Assembly: GCA_002633005.1 (NCBI GenBank) | Contig: NMRA01000499.1 | Location: 256,023-320,022, forward strand | Source: Phoronis australis | Lineage: Eukaryota > Animalia > Phoronida | Length of the DNA stretch: 64,000 nt | Direction: 5' to 3' | Shown here: one piece after another, positions 1-56,200 of the stretch | How the letters are laid out: each line of letters begins with the position of its first letter | How positions within the stretch are numbered: position 1 is the stretch's first letter | Position numbers and translations under genes: made by a program | Notes under the pieces: model-generated | Told to the model about the DNA's origin: nothing | Seen by the model: the letters and a program-made list of their open reading frames with translations, nothing else | Database searches by the model: none

Positions 1-1741
1 ATCAGTCAAAAACTACATTAATCAGTTAGAGAGGGACCCGTTGTGACCACTGCCTGGAACATACTGTACAGTACTGTGCTCCTCGGTAACGACTATGCCG
101 TCCAATCGCAGATATGTAAACGTGCAATAGGTCCTTCAAATCAATCACAATCTGAACATTAGCTCATTTTACTATTACCAACTGGACAACCTTTGTAAAC
201 AGTTTGAGACGATAATCTCAAAACAGCATACCTGAATAGTGACAGAATAGTTAATAAAACATGAACATAAAACAAAGAATATCTGATAATTAAAGGAATA
301 ATACAAATGCCCCTAAGAGGCAGTTTAGTTTTGTTTAAGGATGCCAGGCCCTGCAGGACAAACTGGTGAGTGTGGTTATCGAACATACAAAAGAACAGTT
401 CTGTCCCCAATATAAAGTTCGTGAATCTGTACAGCCTATCTACCACAGCTAACACATCATTGCATAAAGCCTCGAAGATGAATCACTAGTAATGTCTACA
501 CGTGAATGGCCTGGAAGATGGAACCGTGTTTTACCACAACAAATATATGCATACAACACTCCCGCAAACCCTAAATAATAAATAGGAAATACTGTGACAG
601 TAAATATACCTCTCACTTACTACAACACAAAATGTACTCGCGGCGCATTCGTTAATTAGTTTTTTAACTTTTTTTCACAGAATGTTGATGAATTTTGCTT
701 ACAAGAAATTAAACGTGAAACAAGCCGACAACTACAGAAGCTCAGCGCAGACATCTCGTGAATAGAAACATCACTGAGAACATGCCACAGCCTATGCATA
801 AAGAGAAGATGCATTCAATAACAGCTTAATAACACAGCTGCAATACACTCGAGTCTAACAGAAACAAATTTTGAGAACAAAGAACTTATTCATTCGAGCA
901 GCATCAGATGTACAGGGTTTTGCCAAAAACGCTTCTAGGAGTTATTTTGATTCGTTTTGATTTTTTTCTCATTAAGCCCCACACAGCACCTTGTTTAAAA
1001 ATCGAAAATTGTTTCATTCCTAATCATTCATCCATGAACCGAATGAGTTCAACGACCGGTTCAACGGGAAGACTAATTGCCACTGCAACCACTGCATGGG
1101 ACTTGAAGGTAAAATACAATACTAATCTTGCCATCATGTCAGCACTTGATGAAACATTGCACCAAACAGATGTCATGTGTAACATAAGCACAAGCTGATA
1201 TGTGTGTTATAACACATCTCCAAGCAAGTCACTGGTCTACTCTGGTGAATACAAGTACTCCTAATGTAACACCCTTGTGCACGTTTTCACACATTGTCTT
1301 AGTTTTTCTTCTTTGAGGCGGGCTCTTTTGGAGCTGCAAACAGAACAAAATGTGCTGATAGAAAACATATCCACAAAATGCAAGAGCCAACAAGAAACAT
1401 GTAGACAAGATGCATTAGTCAATAATATGGCTATAAAATGCTTGAGAACTTCATATTCATCAGCTGGTGCTAAGAAACATTCGGTCACCTTTTATTTCAC
1501 ACAAGGCAAGGGATGGTGATCCCAGGTTACTACCTCGATGTATCCAGCCATTTACCAAGAACCATTGTATCACAGGCTAAAGTTATTCAACGTTTCCATT
1601 TCATTAACCACCCAAATTTTTCCCAAAGGAAAATATCCCTTCCCTCAATGACAACACAACTTCTTTCCAAACATAAAAGCCGATTTTATACAAATAGTTT
1701 CGGTGCCAGATTTTAGTATTTTTGTTTGAAATACAGAGAAG

Positions 1742-1758
1742 TTACGGCACACGTAAAC
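1742..1758 (-). CDS. SERCA: Candidate second alternative terminal SERCA exon giving ...ARQIAD-GLRVP*
   Basis: Acceptor ctttcattttatatttcgtcag with a long pyrimidine tract; AATAAA on the minus strand at 1491-1496. Confidence 0.45.
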
Positions 1759-3305
1759 CTGACGAAATATAAAATGAAAGTGATAACAATATTTCGGACT
1801 ATCGTCGTCTGAATAACAACATCCAAAGTTGTCACGTAACTTGCCAAACTACATCAACAATTTCATTACAACATTAATATCACTTAATAACTGTAATTCT
1901 ATGGGTACAGACCGAGTCAAAAACGCAGAAATAAGACAAAAAGCTTTAACAGAAAAAAGTTGGTCAATGTGAATACATACCAGGTGCATGAAACACGGAC
2001 TACACTTGTCATGCATGTCTTGATTTACACTACTATGGTGCAGAACGGTACTAAACAAGTCATTCTATAGATGAAACTTGAAACTACATCAAAAGGTGGA
2101 TTAATGTGGTTATTATGGACAATGTTTTGTTTGGTGTTTGTGTAAATCTGCTACGGTGAAAGTGGAGACCTGGGTGAAGGAATATGTCTAAGTTAGCATC
2201 TGATAAGGGAACACTGCAAAGTTTTCAGAATAGTGCAGGTGTTGGGGTTTTTAAAGAGATGGTAGTGTGGATTGTAGATATATGTGCATAGTTTACAAAC
2301 CCATGAATAGATTAAGGAGTACATAAGTGTACTAATTTACACTAGATCATGTTTTGGCACGAGAACCAAATGGAAGAGTAAGTCTGCTGGAAGTGGTTTA
2401 AGTAGCTTCAGCCCAGCCCACAGTCAGTGTGCCATGCATGCAGAGACAAAGCCTTAAGATGTAGTAACAGAAGAGCACAGAACCAGTGGCTTTGTCAGAC
2501 CAGTGTCTTCATCAACTTAACTGCACAAAAACTGGACAGTGGCCAGTATGTAGTCATGGCAATAGAAACCACAGTTCATAATATCTTTACAAAACCAACT
2601 AAGGCCCACTGAATTCATAATTTATTTTCAACAATATTTGTCAACCAGATATTACAAAACCATAGTTGGTATAGATCACAACTGACTTGTTTAACTGTAC
2701 AAAGTTTAATACATCAAACAAAGACGACCAATTAAAAAGCCTAGTGGTTCTGACTACCACACTCAGTTCAGATCAATGGTTCTCAGACAGTCTTTAAATG
2801 ACAACCCCTTTCAATGACCAGCAGGTCTGAAGGTGATTTCAGTATAAAAACTGACAGAATTCATAAACCATAAGTGGTGAAGGCCAGTCTGAGAACCATG
2901 GACTGTTAAACCCTGACTACCACTTGACAACAGCAAAGTTGCCCACACCACCACAACATGCAGTCACTTAAAAACAAGCAAAACAAACACTCCCCAGGTT
3001 ATGAATGTGATTGCAAGTGCAGTTATGTGTGAAAAAACATCACACAAGGGTCTATGTGATACTAATTCAGTGAACATAATTGATTATAAAACCGTTCTAA
3101 TGGCAAATGTGTATCCAATCAACTCGATGATTTTTTAAATTCATGTGTATACACACATTGCCGAGAGCAGACAATTCATTTCAAACAAGAGTAATCAAGA
3201 AATGTACGGAAAATTAACACTGAAATAACAATATAGTAATTTGGGACTACTTAATACAGTGAATTTGTTTACAAAATACAAGAGTTGATACCAGAAAATG
3301 AAAGC

Positions 3306-3334
3306 TCATGACACTTCGCCCACAACGTCAACAG
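3306..3334 (-). CDS. SERCA: Candidate alternative terminal SERCA exon giving ...ARQIAD-AVDVVGEVS*
   Basis: Acceptor gtctctcttcag, in phase with the donor after 4731; AATAAA on the minus strand at 2621-2626. Confidence 0.6.
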
Positions 3335-4647
3335 CTGAAGAGAGACGCATTATATCTCTGTCTAGCCAACCCACAAATACTGCAGCCAGTTAAGACAGAC
3401 ACACACCCCGGGACAGAAGGTGAACAATGAGATACATCAGACTAGACACACAGCCAGGTGCTTGCAGTCAGTAGGGGATCACACCAAGATTAATGCAAAG
3501 GTCATGAGCTTTCGCACACACCAGTATCCTGCAAGTCAGAGGGCGTGCTAATATAATAGACTAGAGGTTTGGGGGTGAAACGAAGCTACTAGTTAAAATT
3601 GGTATGAATGACTACACAAGTCCATTACAAGCCAGTACACTAGATAACAGCGTTAAAACATCCTAATTCAAGACGCTCTCTGACTTCAAATTGGCAAAAT
3701 GAAACTTTTCAGTCATGAACACGCATTTTAGGTTAACAGACAATTCTTCAGCTTCTCACATTTGGTGGGTTTTCATACTTTGAAAATACCACCAAATTTT
3801 AACTTTAATCAGAACCCTAGGACATGCGTTCTTGACTGTACAAGTTTACAAACCCTGCACAGGAAGGACACTGAGTATTGAATATACCTATGTACAAACA
3901 AGTTTACCACAGAAATAAAACAGCAAAAAGTGTCACCAAAAATGCCACAGTGAACAAACATAAATATTACGCCAAACAGAAAAAGTGGTCCCCTTTTCAA
4001 CTCCAGTTTTACTACACTGTGTATAAATCGCCACTCTACAGCATGTTTTGACCCATCTTTCCGGAGTCGTTACATCACACAAGCTCATAACATATTCATA
4101 ATGACGGTTACTAGAAAAGGCTGTTTAAAATTGAATCCCAATTGTACTGACAATGCAACAGCCATTTTGACCTTAGATAAGAAGAAACACGGCGACATTA
4201 TACTGTTTACTAATGAATACACACTGATTGGCGTAAACAATTTCTTAATAATTTTTTAAAATTCGATGAGCTTGGAGGTTGGAAAACATGTAACAGACAG
4301 TACGGACACAGTTCGAAAGCAACAGGGGAAAACTGGCTACCTAATGTAGTAGTGGTGGCAGCAAATAGTCAGTAGCTTGCACAGCAGTACTTGGTGAAGA
4401 AACCAAACAGTTATATTCGTTAAAATATGTGTTCAGTGTCTACAGGCTTAAATTAGAAGATAAAAACTGCGTTAAAATACTACACAACCCTGAGCTTGTT
4501 CCAAGTTACATGTTAAGTATTTGCTTCAATTTGAGACCTGAAAACATTTTCTAAACAGTCACGAGAGCTAACTCTGTCTGGTTCCTTCACACGCATACAC
4601 GCGTACACTCGAAAGGGGGCGGGATCACTACCAGTTGTGGTGAAGAG

Positions 4648-46498
<41,851 letters not shown>

Positions 46499-46954
46499 AT
46501 TTCACCGAGTTTTCGGTGGTAAGCAGTTTAAAACACAAATGTTTTGCTTTTAAGCTCACGATACAGTTCTTCTAAGTGACAATATGTACAGCCCGGCTTC
46601 AGGAGTTTTTAGAGTTCCAATATTTAACTGCCAAGCTGGCCTCGAAATGTACAGAAATGGAACTGCACTCTGATCGTGTGTGCGAGTGGAAATTTTGGGT
46701 TGTTCTAACGTACGGAGGTAACTCACGTTGACATGTTTCACTTACGTTGCCATTTTCAGCAAAATAGTTGAAAACTTGCGTGTCTTTTTTATATTTAAGT
46801 AATAAACAAACAAATAGTACTGCTTAAAGGTAAGAATGCAAAAGTAAGATGTCATTAAGTACTTTCGTGCAAACCTAACACCCCTAATGAAGATCAATGA
46901 CTATTATAGACTTCACGAGTGATAAAAGCTACCACGAGTACCGAATGTGGATTA

Positions 46955-46995
46955 ACTTGATTGGTCTATTTTGTGATGACGTCAACCTCCATATT
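46955..46995 (-). promoter_or_regulatory. SERCA proximal promoter elements: CRE palindrome and CCAAT box
   Basis: TGACGTCA at 46977-46984 and ATTGG at 46960-46964, about 470 bp upstream of the ATG; TATAAAA on the minus strand at 46787-46793. Confidence 0.45.
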
Positions 46996-49900
46996 TACGC
47001 AGTTCACTTCCAACTAAAAGACGCACACTATTCGTCTTTACTGAGGAACACAATCTATTGGCGGATTTAGAGGGGGTCAAAGTGGCCATAGTCACCCTTA
47101 AATTTTCTCGTTCTTGTAAATAAGTGGAAACAACTAATTTTCAATCCTGCATCAATATTCGGCATTTTTGAAGTCACTGTTTCAAAAGAAACGGACTCGG
47201 TGGATAGGGGCCTACAACCCGGCCACGTGCAGTGTACTAGGGATCGATCTACCGGCGTAGCCACGGTAGAGCACAATGAGGCTTTATCGAGGAACACAAT
47301 CCACTGGCGGATTTAGCCGAGAGAAGACAAAGAACCCATGGACCTCCTAAAATTTTCCTTTTTTAATAAGCAGGATCGGCTAATTTGAAAAGTCAACGTG
47401 AAGAAGACCAAGGATTTTTCTACAAAAACCCGATTTTTAGCTCTGCATCAATAACTTAGGAATTATTGAAGATATCGTCCCAAAAGTGACTCATACAGGT
47501 AGGGGCCTACGTTGCATTTAACGTAGACTGGACTCACTGGCATAGTCACGCTCGTGGGACAAGGAGGTAAAACGTGTTGCAAGAAAACCCTCTCTCCGAC
47601 TCGACACTCATTTCATTTTTTATTTTAATTCATTTTATTTCACTAACAATGTTTAACATAAACTAGCAACATGTGTCGGTGACTTACGGAATGCCCTCGT
47701 CGACAGTCGAAGTTGCGTATTGACTAATATATGTATTTAGCCAAATGTCTAAAAATATGTATTTATAAAAATATATTTATAAAAAGTTTATATTTTCTGA
47801 AAGTAGAAAGCCCGTGGAATTTGACATTTGACTTTTTACTAATTTGCCATTAATTTGGTCACGTGACTACATTTTTTCGGTAACATTTAGATAAAAGGAA
47901 AGGTGCATTGATAGCAAAAAACATGGTCAAATTTTGTTTGATATAAACATTACAGTTGTTTAAGTTGTCATTTCTTTTTTCATTTGATGAAACGTTTGAA
48001 TTTTTCCTTGAAAATCATGAAAGTTACATTTTGATAGCCCCTTATGCAAAAGTGGAACATTTTACAAACAATTTCTAATAGCATTTTTGAAAACAATGCA
48101 TAAAACATAGTTCCTGAAAGTTTCACATGAGTCTGATCAGTAATTTCTGAAACATGATTTGACCTTTTTCTGGGGTCATGCACAACCTGGACACTGGAAC
48201 ACTAGTTGTAGAGGACTTGAAAAAAATCATTTCAAACGCAGTCAAATAGTTTTTATCTCCATGATTAGTGCCATGAAATAAATTACTCAGAGAGGAGCCT
48301 CAAATCTTGTCGCCGAGAAGATAAGAGTACAATGGGAAACAACTAGTTTTACTTGCGCCTGTTTGCATCGTTCAGACATTATCAATACGAAATAATCAAA
48401 TATACGTTATAAAGAACCGTTGCTGTAATACATTTGCAAAGAACTTGCGCGCAATCAGCTGACTACGTTTGCACAGAAAAGCTGAGAGTTAATGAAATTG
48501 ACGTTCACAAATATTTTTTACTTAATTTCATTCAATTTTGATTTGTTTGCTTACTGATGTCTAGTATGAATTTACTATAAACATGTAGAACGTTTGTGGA
48601 TGACAGGACGTGTGACGTGTGTAAGCGTGACCTCGCGCACAACACAAGAAATATTCTTCACTTAAAACAGACCATCAGTGGACGCAAAGAAAAAGCTTCC
48701 AAATGTAATCAAATTGAGTGGAGGTAGTTTTTCATACCATCATCTGTGCAATTACCCTGGTAAATAGCATACCAGAGCACCCAAGTCTTGTCACCGAACA
48801 ATTTGACATCAGATACTGGTACCTAAGTAACTGCCTGTATTGGCGTGTCAATGGGCTGGCGCAGTCTATGACTGGATAAATTTGGCATCGTGGATCTCAC
48901 AGTGCGCGCAGTGGGCCCTTTGATTTCCCACGACCCACTGTGACAAACCGACTCTATATTGTAACAGTTTCAATGAAGTATGAACAAAATCACAACGTGG
49001 AGAATCGTAGTTGTAATATGCTACCAAAGGACTTCAGACATCTTCATTTACTGCGTTTGCGGTTCAGTATGGGGGCCGTCGCAACAGTAGGTGGGCGTGT
49101 CCTGCTTACGTTTTCCAGAACTTATCCATTGAATAATTTTGGAACGCATAGTCTTATGAGGAATTGGGTCTGGGTTATGCGCAGATCAGATACGAACACA
49201 TTTTTGGGATCATTTGAGCAAGACAAGGAAAAAGTCGACGGTCAGCGCAACATGCAATAGAAAAACACAGGTCTGGTATATTAGAGACGCCGCAAAGACA
49301 ATGGAATTGTCGAAGAAAAATATACTGAAATTAAAAAACAACAATATCGTTTTCATGGATTGTGGTGTATAAGATGATTCAGTACGTCAGGTGCTCAATG
49401 CGTCTGCAAAAATTGATTATTTGTGATTCCAAATGTAGTCAGATGAGATCGAAAACTTCAAAGTATAATGATTTATAATGGCTATGAATCCTTCTGTTAA
49501 AGTAATCAATGAACTCCATTCTGTAGATGGGTTTATTACCTGGGAATTAGGAACGTTAACTCGATGTTTTGTAAAGGTATTCGACACTAGCATTTGTTGG
49601 CTTTCTTTTCAAAGAACGTCAAATTTGTAATGATCGCTTAGGTTAAAATCACTAGAGTTCAGACTGCCATTCTCCATACGCGGCAAGAGGGAATGAGGGA
49701 GAGCCACTGAGCTAAAAAGCGGTTACACTCTCCCCCCGGAGAGTCAAGATAGTGGTGCGTGCTGAACTTTCATTTCCCAATATAAACTTTCTGCTCTTCC
49801 CGAAGGAAAACAAGATGTCGATGAATGGTTAGGCTCGTTCTGTGGCCGGTGGAGGTTTACACCAATTATAGCACAGTCCAGAATAGGTACTGAGCAATGT

Positions 49901-51399
49901 TTCTATCTTGAAGTTTCGCTTCAAAGAAAGGGCAATAACAAAAACTAGGTTTTCATTCACTTCCCACGAAGATGTTCTTTCAGATCAATTCAAATAACCA
50001 ACTAAAAAAGTCCAGTTGTTGGAAGCAATATTGCAAAAACAGTTTGGTCGCTGACTCAGGCTTACAGCAGGAGCATTGCATGAAAACAATTCACAAAGAA
50101 TGTGTCTGTCGGCCAAAGAGATGTTACACGCATTTTTAGCGACACTGTTGCCACTATAAGCATCAGTGACACATTTTCGTACATGGAGAGTTCCTCCTTC
50201 GAAGTCTCTGGAAGTAACAGTAAAAGTAAACGTAACGGCAAAATTTCCAAAGCTTTGAGAAAAAGTTGTCGGTGTCGGATCAGTATATTGACAAGGCGCC
50301 GGGGACCCTGATTTGCTTTCATTGTGCGGCCCGCCCCTAATTGTTGTCAGTTACGCCTTCCTTAATAAATCAGGGGCTGAATCTGTAAGTTTGTAGCCCA
50401 CTAGATTATTACTACGGCCGCAAGCCCATCAAGTATCTGGTCGGAGTGGGGCCATCGTGATCGTGGGCTCCCAGAAGTCCCCACTATTGGACCCTGTGGT
50501 TCAAACGGTTTTCTGAAACTTGTTTAGCCGGGAACGGCTACTGAAAACGAGGGCTCATAATTCCACTAATAAAATTATGTTATGAAAATGCCGGGAGACA
50601 TATTAACTTGACTGAGACCATCATTTGGAACGAGCGGATTTGATGATTTCGTTAAATTGAGCAGCAGTTACGACAATCGGGTGACAGTTTTTTTTTAAAA
50701 AGAAGAAACAAGACATACTGCTTTTTTCGTGAGCTAACACTAGCGTTTATTATTTTACTTATATCAAGCCATTATTGTCTTCACATGTAACGCGGCCCGG
50801 CAAACTCAATACGCAGTTTCCTTTGTAACATCGTTCATGAAAAGCAATGGCAGGCGACCATCCTGTGGTTTACTGCACAAATTGTTTCTCTGTTGAACTA
50901 TTTGAAAGGAGACTCGCAAAACATTGTCGACAGTCGATGAACCAACGACTGGGGACGAGCTCACCCTCTGTGCGTGAACTTAGAATCCTGCTTAATCACT
51001 CAAGATCGCGTATGGCGTGAACCTTGAATGCACGAGGAAACTTGACAGGTTCATTCGAATAATCAAGATCACATTGATAAAAATTTGCTATGTACTAAAT
51101 CAAATTACATGTTAATAAAATACAGTAAATTTAAATACTGTCGATCTTCAGCAATTTCAATTGTTTTAACAATTTAAAAACAACTCTGATGTTTGAATTT
51201 AACCGTTCACATAGTCATCCGATTCTTTAACACAGGGTACAGTAAAGGAGAAAATGGGTGGTCAATAATTACAAAAATTCTTTACACTGAACAAAAAATT
51301 TCACCTGATTGCCCAAATGAATATTCAATTCCAAGTTCGACATATTTATGTACGATCTTGAGATTAACAGGATTGTTCACGCACAGCATCGCCATCTGT

Positions 51400-51458
51400 C
51401 ATTATAAAATGACCACCAGGAGACGCACCAATCGAACCGGAAAAAGAACTTGAAACCG
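51400..51458 (+). other. GPAA1: Probable non-coding first exon of GPAA1 (5' boundary approximate)
   Basis: Strong CCG|GTGAGT donor at 51459; the ATG exon is preceded by a tgtttcag acceptor ending at 53018. Confidence 0.5.
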
Positions 51459-53065
51459 GTGAGTGCGAAGCCAATGCAAAAGTGTTATTGACTCGTCGTT
51501 TTTACACATGTTTCATGCCGGTAGCTCGCTGTTGCAATAAGTAGGTGAAAAAGTGTTTGCAAGTGGTGTATATTTGGCCGCTTATTCAACAATCCTCGGA
51601 ATTTCAACCTACACATCAAAATTTATGAACATGAAACACTGAAGTGAAGAAAGACTGCAACATGCAAGTCGGTGAAAGTGAATAGAAATATTGATTATTT
51701 TGACTTGTCACTACTCGGTCATCAAAATAGACAGTGCCACCGTCTCAACTAGCAGTAGAGACGGTGGGCACCCCATATAAGCTGGAAATTTTGCGGCGGA
51801 TCATACTGACAAAACCATGATCAAAGTCACTTTGCTAAGCACCTACTTTTGCTGCGCATAGACCATAGACTGATAGAGGGACATCATAGCCTGGGAGGCC
51901 TTAAATGTCTTTAATTCCTTCCAATTGGAACAAATGTTCCCGTACTCAACCTTTTTAAACAGCCCTTCATTCAGTTCCCCAAATCAGCAACTGGGTATTT
52001 GTACACTGCTCGCGCCAGGAGATGTGACATTCAATTTTAGATCACCTATCCGGTAGTTGTGACCTTGGCCGTAAGAAAACATGGCTGATTCAGTTGGCAA
52101 GTTACTCAGGATGATAAGGCATTAGACAACAGTGTAGGTTGATTGGCCTTCTAGACTGGGCATGCTCCACTGATTTAACCAGAAATAAAATATAATACTG
52201 AACAACTAGTATATCAGGAAAAGTTACCAGTGGCTTGAGTGAACAAAACATTGAGTCATGCTCAAACTGCTAAATAGACTTTTTTATGAAAAAGTGACTT
52301 GAACAAAGCCTGATCAGGTTAGTTTGGGCTTGACCAATGAATACATGTGTTTTCAATGACTGCCAATCAAAAACATCTAGTTTGAAAAAACAAATCAAGA
52401 CTGTATACTGATGAGTCGCCATCTTGTGACTGATGAATACAAAGTTTCTTTGCAATGTCACTAGTTACTTCAAATTATAATGTGTTGGTGATTACATGAT
52501 TTTTGAATGGTGAAAGACTCGTCTGCTTGCCCTGTTCACTCGTTGTTTTAGACTCACTAATAGTGGCTTGAGCGAAGAAAGCAGGGTTGTGCGTCAAGTC
52601 CTGTTCAAATTGTTATTTTAATTTTTATCAAAAAGTGTCATGAATGACATGTGATTAGGCAATTTGTGAGCGCTGACCAATTTATGCGAGTGTTTTTGAT
52701 GACTGCTGAGAATTTTTGCTTATGCGTATCCATTTCGTCATTGATACAAGTTCTCTCTCTAGTCACATGAGGGCACTAGGAAGGAATGAAACGGAAGCTA
52801 ATCGGAAATCCGAAAAGTGCATCGGCCAAGCATATGGATTACAACTAAAATCCAGAAATTGCGTCAGACAAGCATGCACTCTTCAACGGATAACGGTGGC
52901 TGTTGGCAAAAGTTATTCTAGGCAAAGTGATTTAAGTCACATGACCATTGGCACCATTTTACATGTAACCATTATATGAACTTTCAACCAGTATAATGAA
53001 GATAACCTATTGTTTCAGGAAACACTGGGCACTTACACCTGTTGGAGATTACTGACTGAACCAAC

Positions 53066-53237
53066 ATGGGGCTGCTTTCAGATCCACAGCGCAGAAAGAA
53101 GCTCATGGATTCAATTTCATTTTACAACAATAAGCTCTGCCTTTTATGCTATACAGTTGGTGTGGTCTGGTTCTTAGCCTTGGCCTATCCGCAATTCAAT
53201 GGCAAGACTTATTTCTCTGAAAATGCACTGCTTCCAG
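53066..53237 (+). CDS. GPAA1: GPAA1 coding exon 1
   Basis: [12 protein letters not shown]...YFSENALLP; donor gtatga. Confidence 0.95.
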
Positions 53238-56200
53238 GTATGATTCTTTGTATTGATGTTTTTGTATTGCAAATGTTAAGTTTTTTATATCAGGATTGCC
53301 TGGCGCTGCTCTTCATAGAGTCAGTTTTCAACGTCACTAGTGTTGCTCATTCTAGTGGGTGAAAATATTTTTAAAAATTAGCACCCCTGATATCTTTGCC
53401 ATTTGCAATGCACTGCTGGGTGCATATCAATGTTCTGTGTTGTTCTTGTTTATTTAATCAATATAAAACTTCTCAAAGGCTTCAGAAAAAGGCCTAACCA
53501 ACTTCCTCAGTCGATTTTTACATTTGGGTTTGTTGTTTTGAAATTTGTTCCTGTGAAGCTAATGAGGATGACTTTCAGACAGATCCGACAACTGCTAAGC
53601 CACCTAGCGTCCATTTATAGTTTCGCATTCGGTTTTACATCTGCCCAATCTTCTGGTCAGGGCTTGGAATTTTCCTCTTTTTTGATTTCGATTTCCTCAA
53701 ATGAGATTTTGTCCAGGAGGGAACAACACTTAACCATTTATGGATGGTTCCGACTTATGTTTGAAAAAATGAGAACCCTTATATTTACCATTTGTGATGC
53801 ACACGATGGGTGCAAACAGTGGGTTGCACACTGTGGGTTTGTACCAACGATCTGCTTTGCTCTTGTTTGTCTTGTTACTATTTATTTATGGTGTTGTATT
53901 TTAAACATTGCAGGTTTAGTGGATGGTTATTTTCACAGTGGATATGTCGCAGAGCAATACTTTGAAGACTTGAAAAGAGAAATTAAGAAAGACAAAAGGT
54001 TGTTACGAATGGTTTTCAATCAAACTTACAGTATGGTCTTTTAGCTAAGTTTTTGTTACTGGAATTACTTGAACAGGTTTAAATAGCGACCCCTATGTAT
54101 ACATAAAATTGCATTTTGCTGTCTGAATGACCTCCAGTATCTGATATTCTTTCACTCTACCTACCAAACTCCTTGAGGCGTTTTCAGAAATTTGACAGTT
54201 GTGTTCTAATCAATTAGCGTATGCTGTTTGTACCTACCAGCTAATCCTAGTTGGAACATTTAGGTTTTGATTTGGTTCGTTTTTGCTCCAGTCTTGAATG
54301 ATTCCAAAACCTCTAAGCACTTCTGGTAAGTTCTTGTAGTGTTGTTCAACTGACTATTATGTTGCTTTTGGCATACAAAGTGATTGCCAATGCCAGTTTC
54401 AGCTTTATTGAATGCTGTCTTGACCAACTGCAATTTGTCTGTTCTTCTCAAGCACACAGTGCACTAGTGGCTACTTTTCCAACTACCTACCATCTACATA
54501 GTGTGTCATGTACTATGGAGGCATGTGTCTGTGATAGTTTATTTTATCCTACATAACAACTTTTTTATTCTAGGCAAACCAACGAACTCACAGTGCTGCT
54601 TTTGAAAGAGACACCGAAACTTACTTGTTTACTTTACATGGGTGTCTTACCTAGGGTGTCCCTTTGGATGCCCTGGAAAACCTCTAGATGAAGGCCTTCT
54701 TGACAATGAAATATCTTACAGTTAATAAGATCTCTGTCATTACTGTATTATATAAAGTTACACAAGTTTAATGATAGTGTGCAAGCTAGAAAATATTGAA
54801 GTTGAAGTGCTTAATTGTGTTTTCCAGTCATATCAAATGGTCACATTCCACTTTAAAAGTTTTATCCAATTTTGGTGACTTTATTAATCTCTGATGTGAT
54901 TGTTCAATTTCAGAATAATGCCTCAAGACTGGATCCAACAACAGTTTGAGAACATAGGCCTGGATACATTTGTCCAGAACTACACCTTCAAATATCCATA
55001 TAACATCATTGGCTCACAGGTGAGTTGAGGTCAAAGGTCACGGTTGATTAAAATATCGGGGTTCTTCTTTGCCACTGCTCTTCTTAAAGTAATCCATGAA
55101 TATTCAAGAAACGGTATATGAATTCTAAGTGCTGTGGGCTACTGTAAACATCGAAAGCTTGTACCAACTGAACTATTCTACCACATTCAGTTGACTGTTT
55201 TCTCCTGCTCCAATTTGAGCTGCACTTACCCATGAAAGTATTCTTAATGTTGGGCCATTTGTACGTATGTTTGTTTCACTTTTTGTCTGTCTGTTTGTCT
55301 TTTTGTGCATACGTTTCGCGTGCATTTTTTGGCATTTACTATTGAAGAAGCTCCAGTGACTAACTAAAGTGTCTCCACCTGTTGAGGAAGCAATACTTTA
55401 TTGGGTATTAAGAGCCATTGTATTTGCTAACTCTGAAACACTAATTGTGTATTAACATTTTTATTAAGTCTTACCTTAAGGAAACATCTGTTTTCTATGG
55501 ACAACAGTCATGGGGAGTACATGTTGTGTCAGCTAGCTTACAGTTTGTGTAGAATCTGTGTCTGAGAATGCCTGTCACTGTATGAGAAGTTCATCTCATT
55601 AAATGTGTTTGTAATGCTTTCCAATCTGACTATGTGTTTGATGTCCTTGTAGACAGTACAGGGTGCCAATGTTTACGGCATCTTACGTGGTGCCAGGACT
55701 GCTAGCACAGAGGCGCTGGTGCTCTCTGTACCATTCAGACCCCCTGTGGTGGATACACTACCAAAAACCCATGGTGGACTAGCGTTGATGCTTGCCGCTG
55801 CCAAGCACTTCCGCAGTGAGTATATTACTGAATTCACAAATAGAATTTGATATTCAGAATGAACTAGTAACTTGTTTCCTTGCAGATCGAACAGTTCATG
55901 CATGGTCCATGATCGCTGAGTGTATATGTACATCGTGATGTGGCCAACAGGTGGCGAGCAGACCAAACTTAAAAATGTTTGGGATCTATATTTCCTCGTC
56001 GGTTCAAGATTTGCATATTCATATATTTTTCTTTAAGTTATAAATTTAGACTTAATCTGCTATTTGCCATGTGTCCTTGCAGAGTTCACGTTCTGGTCAA
56101 AAGACATCATATTCCTAGTTGTTCAACATGAACACATTGGCATGCAGGCATGGCTGGATTCTTACCATTCATCCTCGGTGTCAGAGTGTAAGTAAACTGT

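Noticed and set aside
4506-4537. Additional SERCA terminal exon giving GLKLKQILNM*
   Set aside because: Frame fits but the pyrimidine tract is weak and purine-interrupted; short in-frame tails arise easily by chance. The same applies to acceptors near 2200 and 350.
49650-51000. Possible degenerate transposase or THAP-like coding remnant between SERCA and GPAA1
   Set aside because: Short ORFs only and no recognisable motif; needs BLASTx
52408-52440. CTGATGA-GTCGC...GTGAC as a second hammerhead ribozyme
   Set aside because: Stem II is followed by TGAT instead of the required GAAA; no stem III or cleavage triplet
53403-54044. 213-aa ORF as a separate gene
   Set aside because: Mostly intronic; only 53914-53998 is GPAA1 exon 2
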